A stretch of DNA of 18,792 nt from an uncultured archaeon (GCA_964610875.1 CAZSWP010000057.1:1-18792), one strand, 5' to 3'. Positions 9,408 through 17,038 are shown, numbered from the stretch's first letter. The notes: generated from the letters alone by a model not told the origin. Program-made: numbers and translations.

Positions 9408-10289
9408 TTATCCGACTTTTTGTCCACAATTGGGACAGAACTTCGCACCCTCTAGAGCAGTACCACAGCTAGAGCAGAACTTTGCGCCAGCGGGAGTGCT
9501 ACCTCCACCGCCTTGCTGTCCTCCTCCCATTGCTCCTGACATTGCTCCCATGAATCCCATACCTGCGCCAAATCCAGCACCTGAACTCTTTCCAAGTGAG
9601 GAGGCTGCATCTTTCATGGTTTCCATGCCAGCAAGCTGTGAACCACCGACTCCTCCTGTTCTAAGCCAGAAGAGTCTCTCACGGTACTTCTCAGTTGTGT
9701 CAATTCCTTCAAACTTGAGATCGACTAGTTCGAGACCAATTCGTTCGAATGCCATCCTGACTTTGGTCTTGACCTTCATTGAGGTTTCATCAAGCTGTGT
9801 GAAGACTGCCTGTAGGTCATAATGAGCGAACTCATCTATTATGCGTTCATTCATGAATGATCTAAGATAGTCATTGATACGCTTGGTACTGAATGCGTTC
9901 TGGTTGCCAACAACATCTTGAACGAAGATATTTGATTCCTTGACGCGGAACCAAAAGTTTCCATGAAACATCAATGGTGCAAGGTCACTTGTCTGGCCTC
10001 TTCCTCCAAATTTTCCTTGGAATTGTGACCGTGAAATGAAAACACATGTTGCCTCAAAAACATCACCCTTGATTTTCTTCTGCAGCCATCCAGCCAAACT
10101 AGGCATGCTGCTAGTAGTTAGCTTGTGGCGTCCAGCAAGAAATGTATCAAGTGCTTTGCCATCTCTATAGAAGATAGCAGCTTGGTTCTCCATTACAATC
10201 AGCTGAGAGCCCCAATCGATTCTGTTATCGGGGTAACGCCAGACAATCTGATCCGGTCCAGCGTTGGTCCATTCAATCGCATCTGCCAT
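9408..10289 (-). CDS. SPFH/band 7 domain protein (YdjI-like) with C-terminal double zinc ribbon
   Basis: IVWRYP...GSQLIVMENQAAIFYRDGKALD...GRHKLTT (YdjI/Band_7_1-type start), Gly/Met-rich GAGFGAGMG linker, and KFCSSCG...AKFCPNCG. Confidence 0.9.
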   Translation of the reverse strand: MADAIEWTNAGPDQIVWRYPDNRIDWGSQLIVMENQAAIFYRDGKALDTFLAGRHKLTTSSMPSLAGWLQKKIKGDVFEATCVFISRSQFQGKFGGRGQTSDLAPLMFHGNFWFRVKESNIFVQDVVGNQNAFSTKRINDYLRSFMNERIIDEFAHYDLQAVFTQLDETSMKVKTKVRMAFERIGLELVDLKFEGIDTTEKYRERLFWLRTGGVGGSQLAGMETMKDAASSLGKSSGAGFGAGMGFMGAMSGAMGGGQQGGGGSTPAGAKFCSSCGTALEGAKFCPNCGQKVG

Positions 10290-10438
10290 GCTTTATACAC
10301 CCGTAAATAATTCGAGTTCTGTTAGTACGTGATAGTTGATAGGTTTTAAACATTGACATGTCCTATACCCCCCACTATTTTAATCAAAAATGCTGGTTTG
10401 CCTAAGTTCATAAGATAAAAGATGAATTCAGTGTCATC

Positions 10439-10933
10439 TTGACCGAAGAAAAAACTCCTCCTTCCAATATTGAGAATTCAGAAGAAGATAAACAGGAGGG
10501 TTCTGAAGAACAGGAAGAGCCAGAAAAAGAATATGGTAGACCTTTCAATCCGATGAAGACGTATATTCAGATTGCTATTGCAATTTTCATTTCCTATTCC
10601 GTTCTATACATTCTTGGTTACGAATTTCTTTTGATGATTATGCTCTTCTTTCTTGTTTCAATTTTGAGAGACACAATCTTTGTGCTTCAGACATATGACC
10701 ATGGATTTGCCAGAAAGGCTGCTATATTCAATGCGTTCCATTCTACTGCGTGGTTCTTGGTGTTAGCAATTAATGGCTATTTCATCATTCTAGGACAGAC
10801 TCCTCTAATTCTACCATCGATTCCAAACCTCACAGAACTTGCTCCATTATTTGTATTGATGGCCGCATTTGGATCAAAGAATCTAATGGACATGTACGCA
10901 CCAAAAGAAAAGCCAAGATATTCTTGGTCATAA
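10439..10933 (+). CDS. Hypothetical membrane protein (acidic N-terminus, about 4 TM helices)
   Basis: 164-aa ORF with TTG start and hydrophobic segments; divergent from the SPFH gene and convergent with the MBL gene (6-nt overlap). Confidence 0.75.
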   Translation: MTEEKTPPSNIENSEEDKQEGSEEQEEPEKEYGRPFNPMKTYIQIAIAIFISYSVLYILGYEFLLMIMLFFLVSILRDTIFVLQTYDHGFARKAAIFNAFHSTAWFLVLAINGYFIILGQTPLILPSIPNLTELAPLFVLMAAFGSKNLMDMYAPKEKPRYSWS

Positions 10934-11683
10934 TTTAAAATCCATTAAATCTCTTCCAAAGACCACTTCGATGTCGGATTCTCCCTTAACCAATGAAATG
11001 ACTTCATCTTCATTCGCAACAACCTCAGGAGAAACATGGGTCAATACTACTTTTCGTGGTCTTGCGTCTGCTACCACTGATGCAAGCTCCGATGGTGAAG
11101 TATGAACGCCTTCGGGGTGTTCTCCATCCAGCCAGTTACACTCATGTAATAGGATTTCTGCACCTCTCGCAAGTTCAATCACTTCTTCACATGGTGCAGT
11201 ATCTGCTGAGTATACAATACTCCCTTCTGGGCTATCAATTCGGTATGCCCGCACATCATGAATACTGTGTGTTGTAGGTGCAGTTGTGACTTTTATTTCA
11301 TTGAATTCTGCAGAAAAAAACTTCTCTATCTCATACACTATTACTTTGATTTTGTCCTTGTAAAATGGAAGAGCAACCTCAGAGAGACCTCTCCACCACT
11401 CTTTGATTGGAGGCGGTCCATATACATTCAGAGGACGGTCATATCCTAAGAGCCAGATGGTCTGGATTAATGCAAGAAAATCTGAACAATGGTCAACATG
11501 AAAATGACTAATGAATACAGCATCGATAGTAAGAAAATCAAATTCGATTTCCGTCATTCTATGTAGTGTCCCTGAACCAATGTCAATTATGTAAGACATT
11601 TCATGTTTCTGAACCAGTACCCCTGATTGAACCCTTTCAGGATCTGGATACGATGTACCTGTCCCTAACAATGTAATCTTCAA
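10928..11683 (-). CDS. MBL-fold metallo-hydrolase, RNase Z/BN-like, lacking the flexible arm
   Basis: LLGTG, DIGSG, SHFHVDH (HxHxDH), YSADT, HEC, HTS and LTHV. Only a few residues separate RAYRI from IVYSADT, so there is no tRNA-binding exosite. Confidence 0.88.
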   Translation of the reverse strand: MKITLLGTGTSYPDPERVQSGVLVQKHEMSYIIDIGSGTLHRMTEIEFDFLTIDAVFISHFHVDHCSDFLALIQTIWLLGYDRPLNVYGPPPIKEWWRGLSEVALPFYKDKIKVIVYEIEKFFSAEFNEIKVTTAPTTHSIHDVRAYRIDSPEGSIVYSADTAPCEEVIELARGAEILLHECNWLDGEHPEGVHTSPSELASVVADARPRKVVLTHVSPEVVANEDEVISLVKGESDIEVVFGRDLMDFKL

Positions 11684-11747
11684 TTTATATCAAAAACCAC
11701 AATCGAGTTTCTTACTAATCAGTCTTATCCGATGTTCTTCTTTAAAA

Positions 11748-12158
11748 TCAAATCGTATCTGTGATAACATTGTATTTGATTTGTGGGGGTGATCTTGGCA
11801 TGACTGTGTGTTCCATCATGCATTTGAATAGAGTAAGATCCTTCAAAATTCGTTCATTACTAAAATCATTGGCTTCTAGGTATGTCCTTAGGTCTACACA
11901 ATTAATTGATTTCAATACACGTAGCATAGCAATAGATTCAACCTGAATCATTCCTTCTTGTACCGCTTTCCAGAGGGTTTCCATGTTTTGTTCGAGTTTA
12001 TTTTGATATACTAGAAGTAATGACCTGTCATTTTGTTCAGACAAGCTTTCTATCATTTTTGTGGCTATTTTGCAAATAGCATGTATTGCGCGGTCTTTAT
12101 TAAAAGACTTGTCTAGTACTAATGTTTCTTTTTCTGTGTCATACTCGCTAGGTAACAC
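11748..12158 (-). CDS. Hypothetical protein
   Basis: 136-aa ORF with GTG start and helical, protein-like composition; co-oriented with the MBL gene; no motif recognised. Confidence 0.6.
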   Translation of the reverse strand: MLPSEYDTEKETLVLDKSFNKDRAIHAICKIATKMIESLSEQNDRSLLLVYQNKLEQNMETLWKAVQEGMIQVESIAMLRVLKSINCVDLRTYLEANDFSNERILKDLTLFKCMMEHTVMPRSPPQIKYNVITDTI

Positions 12159-12749
12159 CTAGAACCACCACTAGTTCAGCCATGCACGGTGCTATTTATT
12201 TTCCTCGACTTCTGTTCTCATGAGATTGGAATCAGATATTACTTGGAATTTGTTTGTCCGGGGAAATCCATGATTCCCGGGACTTTACTCTCTCTTACGA
12301 TTTCCGTTTTATGAATGCGAGGCTAAGAATAATTAAGACCCCCACATAAATACCACCAACTAATCCCCTCTATAATTGTCCCATATTTAGTATATCAGAA
12401 GCTACTAGTGGTGTAGCACATTCAGTTGCCGGCAAAGTGGGTGCTGGATATGGGGATGGCATTTCTTCTTGTGTATTTGTTTCTGATTTTGAAACTCTTC
12501 AAGGTCATACAGGTCGCAACAAGATTGACAATCTGAACCATTAATTCAGGTTTTGGTACAAGGAAGTAAATATATGGAACAATCAGAATCAAGTATTATC
12601 ACCATTTACTTCATCAAAAGAATACATAGTTTTTGATGTATTTTACACTACTTATTTAATGGAAAAGACATTGAAATGCAAAGAACGAAAATATTATGAG
12701 ATATAGTAACTTATCACGGGATTTCTTGTTAAGATTGATTAATATGATG

Positions 12750-12782
12750 TTTATATCTTTAGATTTCATAAGATTCGGGGAG
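12750..12782 (+). promoter_or_regulatory. Putative TATA box and SD for the mannosyltransferase gene
   Basis: TTTATAT at 12750-12756 and GGGGAG at 12777-12782, upstream of the TTG at 12794. Confidence 0.45.
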
Positions 12783-12793
12783 TAAATCTCAAT

Positions 12794-14056
12794 TTGCGAT
12801 CACAAGAATACAATCACCCTACTGAATTGGAAGAACCAGACATTGAATCATCATCAAATAGATTTGAGGATATAACAAGGCATCTACATACTTTATCTCA
12901 GAGATTGAAAACAAGGCGAATCCCTTTCTATTTTATTGCAGTTATCTTCGTGCTGATACTAGCAAAAATAGCTGTTCTGTCTGTTCTTCTCTACATGATT
13001 CAAGAGGACATGATCGTTTATACTGGTGACTTGGACAATACCTCAGATCTGCTACTCGCACTTGGTTATCAATGGGATTCACATCATTTCATTTCAATTG
13101 CGGAGAACGGCTATCCATCCAATGCAGATGATCCATTGCTATTTGCTTTTGCTCCGTTATATCCATGGACGATTTCCACATTCAACCCTCTCTTTGGTAA
13201 TTATGCTTTAACGAGCGTGATTATTTCAAATTCCTTCTATTTTCTCTCAATTCCTGCCTTTTTCCTAGCTGTTCGTGAATACATGTCATATGAACAAGCC
13301 TGCTGCATGAGTCTCTTGATGGGTCTTTTCCCAACATATTTAGCATACAGTACTTTTGCTTATACTGAGGCACCATATCTTTTCTTTGCATGCATTTCTC
13401 TTTATTTCTTCAATAAGAAGCAATATCCAATTTCAGCTATATTCACGACATTCTGTATACTAACTAGATATCTAGGTGCGTTATTGTTAGCAATTTATGG
13501 GTTTACTTATCTCTTAAGATGGATCAAGAAAACAACAAAAGATGATAGTCTTCTTGAAACCTTTGATATTTCCATCCTATCCTTCCTTATTCCGATTGCA
13601 GCTTTAGTTCTTCTGTTTTATTATTTTCAAATTATTACCGGTGATTTCTTTGTCGCCATTACTGCACATGGTCGATTTGCAGATAATCTAGCAACACCTT
13701 ATCACCAGTTCAGATGGTTTTTTGAGGGTTTTTATGTTGATATTAATCCTCGTGTAAACCCGCTTCTATTAATGCTTGAAAGGTATATCTTTACCATACC
13801 CTTCTTCCTTCTGACTCTTCTTCTATTGAGGGAGGATATTGAGCTATTCGTGTATGGTTTTCTGTTCATGTACATCACACTGTCTATGGAGGGAATATCT
13901 TCTGTTGCATCACCTCGTATTATGCTTGCGAGTTGGGTTTCCTTAATGGCTCTAAAGAAACACGCTTCGAAAGAAATGACTGCTGTCTTAGCTGCACTGT
14001 TCTTTTTTGTAGGGCTCTGGGTTGTATTCAAATTTCAAACAGGATTCTTTGCATGA
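12794..14056 (+). CDS. GT-C fold mannosyltransferase, PIG-V/Gpi18 (GT76)-like
   Basis: QWDSHHFISIAENGY, FAFAPLYP, AYTEAPY and LTRYLG, with about 10 TM segments; matches the WD..F..IA..GY / AF.PLYP / Y(T/S)E pattern of the PIG-V family. Confidence 0.85.
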   Translation: MRSQEYNHPTELEEPDIESSSNRFEDITRHLHTLSQRLKTRRIPFYFIAVIFVLILAKIAVLSVLLYMIQEDMIVYTGDLDNTSDLLLALGYQWDSHHFISIAENGYPSNADDPLLFAFAPLYPWTISTFNPLFGNYALTSVIISNSFYFLSIPAFFLAVREYMSYEQACCMSLLMGLFPTYLAYSTFAYTEAPYLFFACISLYFFNKKQYPISAIFTTFCILTRYLGALLLAIYGFTYLLRWIKKTTKDDSLLETFDISILSFLIPIAALVLLFYYFQIITGDFFVAITAHGRFADNLATPYHQFRWFFEGFYVDINPRVNPLLLMLERYIFTIPFFLLTLLLLREDIELFVYGFLFMYITLSMEGISSVASPRIMLASWVSLMALKKHASKEMTAVLAALFFFVGLWVVFKFQTGFFA

Positions 14057-14271
14057 CCTTATTTGAATGCGTACTTCGCCCTTTATATTAGGCTTAAATT
14101 CTCCAATATAATTGTTCAATGAAATAGTGACGGGTAGTGAACTATCATCATTCTCTATATTCATTTTCGCGACTAGGTCGCGCAGAAACCTGCCTTTAAT
14201 AGCAAATTAATCACAATACATAGCTTTACAGTACATAGTGTTGCTATATACTAACTAAGAGTGTGTAACCA

Positions 14272-14484
14272 ATGGGATTACGTGAATAAATCCTGAGAAG
14301 AAGCATCTACATGTTTCTCTTAGTGGTAGCTGTAGTATGTTTCAACTTCTTTCTCTTCAGACTCCCCACACTCGTACTTGGTGCAAGTCCGGTCGATTTG
14401 ATGATCAGCGAAGAACTGAGAAGAAATCTAACTAGGGATGCTCTTGAACAACTGTATCTACGGTTTGGACTCGTTCCTGATCCC
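14272..14484 (+). pseudogene. 5' fragment of a DppB/OppB-type peptide ABC transporter permease
   Basis: ATG 14272: MGLRE*ILRRSIYMFLLVVAVVCFNFFLFRLP...SPVDLMI...LYLRFGLVPDP. The in-frame TAA at 14287-14289 replaces the conserved Tyr of YILRR. The rest of the permease is absent. Confidence 0.8.
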
Positions 14485-14815
14485 GTATTAGATGATCTAT
14501 CTATCATTATTAAATTGAAAGACAATCAATGGTTCTTCTTTGTGGTTGTTGCCATGCTGGCATAATTAATACAGTTGATCATCTTAGAGAAATCAATCAA
14601 ATGATGTTAGGTTTATCATCGGTGGCTTTCATTTACATGATGCTTCTAATAGATGTATAGAAAAAACTGCCGAACGATTACACAAACTCTCCTTGGAAAG
14701 CATAGCCCCTTGTCATTGTACTGGATTGAGAGATAAAGCGATTTTATTATCTAAGTTTGGAGATAGATTCAAACATGTAGGTACAGAATCATTATTGACC
14801 TTCGAATCCTACTAA
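14473..14815 (+). pseudogene. 3' fragment of a COG1237-type MBL-fold hydrolase, two frameshifts
   Basis: Read across three frames: VPDPVLDDLSIIIKLKD / SMVLLCGCCHAGIINTVDHLREI (from 14526) / SNDVRFIIGGFHLHDASNRCIEKTAERL...IAPCHCTG...FGDRFKHVGTESLLTFESY* (14597-14815). DD, GCxHAG, GGFHL and PCHCTG are the COG1237 motifs in the correct order. Confidence 0.88.
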
Positions 14816-14986
14816 TAGCTGTTTGTATAATTCAGAAAGAGAATACCCCTTTGCTGCTCTTGGAATACTTGAAATTCGTTCTATTGAATTAACTCTGATT
14901 TTATACGTATGTGGATATATTCTGAATTCAATTCAGGTATTCTTGTAATCATTTGGAATCGTACTGATTACAGGAATTAGTTACAG

Positions 14987-15016
14987 TTGAGAGCATCAAA
15001 AATCTGATGCTCCCAA
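14987..15016 (-). terminator. 12-bp stem-loop downstream of the 39-aa ORF
   Basis: Minus-strand RNA UUGGGAGCAUCA-GAUUUU-UGAUGCUCUCAA pairs fully with one G-U wobble; the plus strand would have an A-C mismatch there. Confidence 0.55.
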
Positions 15017-15051
15017 AGTTCGACTCGGTACAGAGAAGAAGAGAGTGTTGA

Positions 15052-15171
15052 TTACCTTACAAGAGAACCTACATGTCTAACGTAAGTGAGTGACGTGTCG
15101 GTTGCTCGATGCTTAGATTCGATGCACTCCCAACGACCCTGTGATTTTCTTTTGAATATGCTTAATGCCAT
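15052..15171 (-). CDS. Unannotated 39-aa small protein MALSIFKRKSQGRWECIESKHRATDTSLTYVRHVGSLVR
   Basis: ATG 15171 to TAA 15052; GAGG SD 8 nt upstream; minus-strand TTTATATA at 15256-15249; pyrimidine tract and hairpin downstream. Below the ORF-track length cutoff. Confidence 0.6.
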   Translation of the reverse strand: MALSIFKRKSQGRWECIESKHRATDTSLTYVRHVGSLVR

Positions 15172-15222
15172 TTTCGTTTCCTCATTGGTTGTCTGTCTTG
15201 GTACAAGACTCACACTTTTTTG

Positions 15223-15292
15223 TTACAAGGTGTAATACTTACACTAAGTATATAAACTTATGGAATAAAGTGTAAAAATTACACTTTATATA
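15223..15292. promoter_or_regulatory. Divergent promoter with two palindromic operators GTGTAA-N3-TTACAC
   Basis: Site 1 is GTGTAA-TAC-TTACAC (15230-15244). Site 2 is ATAAAGTGTAA-AAA-TTACACTTTAT (15265-15289, perfect 11-bp arms). The cores are exactly 40 bp apart. TTTATATA occurs on the minus strand (15256-15249) and on the plus strand (15285-15292). Confidence 0.8.
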
Positions 15293-15357
15293 TCAATTAG
15301 TATAACCGATGCAATAATAAATGAACAAGCATCTTGTTTACAGTAGGAGAAAGAACG

Positions 15358-16263
15358 ATGACCAAAAAAAACAACAAGTCGGATAAACTCCTAGAGTATC
15401 CTGAGGGCTTACCTGATACAAAAGTACGGAGTTATGTATCCATTACTGATCCTTCAATTGTCGATTCGTTCTTGGACCCGATTCGTAGAGCTATACTTGT
15501 GACACTTAGGCATGGTATTGACAGCATCAAAAAAGAAAGCAAGGAGAGCATCATTACAAGGGATGATGGAACTACCGTGAAGACTATTGTTGTTGAAGAA
15601 ACGAAAGTCAAAAGGATGTGGATGAGCGTTCCTGAGATTGTAAGCAATACAATGGGAGAAGTTGAAGTATCAAAGTACAACTGTTATTATCATCTACCCA
15701 TCTTGATCCAACAAGGTCTTGTTGAGCAGTATCCTCCTCCTGAATATGATAAGGATGGTAGAGAAACCTCAAGTAGACGTGGTTTATACTATCGTAGAAC
15801 TGCTAAGGTATTTGTTATTTCTAGCTCAAAGATGAGCGACGATCTTGTGAAAGATTACATGACATTGTTCGAGAAAGGTTTTGGAATGAGCATGACCAAA
15901 AAAACACGGGAGCGATTAGAAGATCTCATGATACGTCAGGTCGAACTGATTGATGAAGCAATGGAGTATATCGCTGTACACCTAAAAGAGGTAGAGCTTG
16001 ATTCCACTGTACTGAATGATATGCTTACAGAGATGTCCTATGTCTTCTTATCTGATAATCAAGACTTTCTTAAAATTCAGCGTGAGATTAAACGACTCGT
16101 ATTGACACCATGTTGTGGGAAGGCTGCTGATATGACGGGTGTTTGTTCGTTTTGTGGTGACACACTATTAGAAGACGCAGTTGTAAGAGTAGTAGATGGT
16201 AAGGAACAATCGTTTTGCTCAGACACATGTGCTACCAGTTACCTAAATGAATGCGCTGGCTAG
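15358..16263 (+). CDS. ArsR-like winged-helix transcriptional regulator with C-terminal TRASH/YHS-like metal-binding domain
   Basis: DPIRRAILVTL...MSVPEIV...SKYNCYYHLPILIQQGLVE...YYRRTAK (wHTH with an inserted beta-hairpin). C-terminal CSFCG-...-VDGKEQSFCSDTC is TRASH-like, preceded by an extra PCCG. Start re-assigned to ATG 15358 behind AGGAG (15345-15349). Confidence 0.82.
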   Translation: MTKKNNKSDKLLEYPEGLPDTKVRSYVSITDPSIVDSFLDPIRRAILVTLRHGIDSIKKESKESIITRDDGTTVKTIVVEETKVKRMWMSVPEIVSNTMGEVEVSKYNCYYHLPILIQQGLVEQYPPPEYDKDGRETSSRRGLYYRRTAKVFVISSSKMSDDLVKDYMTLFEKGFGMSMTKKTRERLEDLMIRQVELIDEAMEYIAVHLKEVELDSTVLNDMLTEMSYVFLSDNQDFLKIQREIKRLVLTPCCGKAADMTGVCSFCGDTLLEDAVVRVVDGKEQSFCSDTCATSYLNECAG

Positions 16264-16304
16264 AAAAATCAAGAAGACTTTTTCTTTACTTGGTTTCAAT
16301 GGTA

Positions 16305-16631
16305 TCAATTATCTTTGGGTTTTACAATAAAATGATAACGAATCATTTCAATCGACATTATCAAAAGCACAAGAACAGTTGGTAGTACAAAATAGTTTAC
16401 CATGTGATTATATATTTCCGAGGGTGAAGGATGGATTGCTTCTGAAGGCATTTCTACAGGTAGCAATTTCGTAGTTGTCCATATCATATGGATTGAGAGA
16501 CCTATCCATACCAAGAGTATGATGAATGAACTAAGCAAGTCATCTCTATTCCTGTCAATCCTAGCAAAGATCAGAAATAGAACAAGTCCTCCAGCGTTTA
16601 AGAGTAGATACCAAATTGGAATTGCTAACAA
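16305..16631 (-). CDS. Hypothetical membrane protein (3 TM helices)
   Basis: 108-aa ORF with three hydrophobic segments; SD-like GGTGGGGG upstream of the TTG. Confidence 0.65.
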   Translation of the reverse strand: MLAIPIWYLLLNAGGLVLFLIFARIDRNRDDLLSSFIILLVWIGLSIHMIWTTTKLLPVEMPSEAIHPSPSEIYNHMVNYFVLPTVLVLLIMSIEMIRYHFIVKPKDN

Positions 16632-16858
16632 TCCCCCACCTCAAGTACACTATATATTATTCTACATTAAGTCTAATTTTAGAACAGCGATTATGGAACA
16701 AACGTACTGTATTCTCCAAAAAAGTAATCTTGGAATTAGCTGTATAATATGGTTGGGTGGAAAAGTAGTAGACTGTGGTAAAGAATGAAACTGCCAGTTG
16801 TGTTCAAGAAGATTGGATATCCTACATCGTTAATAACAGAACGCATTGTAGAATCAAT

Positions 16859-17038
16859 AGATTATATCACGATTCTGGATTTGATTGCATTGAGAAACTA
16901 GCAAATACAAATGGTGAGGAACTAATACGGGTAACCAAGGAGTTCATTGAAAGAACTGGATTCGAAGGAATTCCCGCAAAAAAAACAGCAAATACTATCA
17001 AATCTGCCAAGCGGTTGTCAATCTTACTTGAGCTGTAG
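16859..17038 (+). pseudogene. Probable C-terminal remnant of a DUF4332-type protein
   Basis: RLYHDSGFDCIEKLANTNGEELIRVTKEFIERTGFEGIPAKKTANTIKSAKRL resembles, from memory, the RLYxDAG.DT.EKLA...FVERTGF.GI...A..L ending of DUF4332 proteins. The upstream part is not recognisable. Confidence 0.55.

Noticed and set aside
10928-11683. Calling this gene rnz (tRNase Z)
   Set aside because: The flexible arm/exosite is absent, so the symbol is not justified.
12400-12470. tRNA-like appearance (GCTACTAGTGGTGTAGC...)
   Set aside because: No TTCRA T-loop and no consistent cloverleaf or acceptor stem.
14167-14193. Twin mini-hairpins CGCGAC-TAG-GTCGCG and GCAG-AAAC-CTGC upstream of the permease pseudogene as a riboswitch
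   Set aside because: Too short, and I recognise no riboswitch consensus; more likely a leftover intergenic element.
14287-14289. Stop-codon recoding (TAA as Tyr) in the permease
   Set aside because: TAA terminates several intact genes in this window, and the locus has other inactivating lesions.
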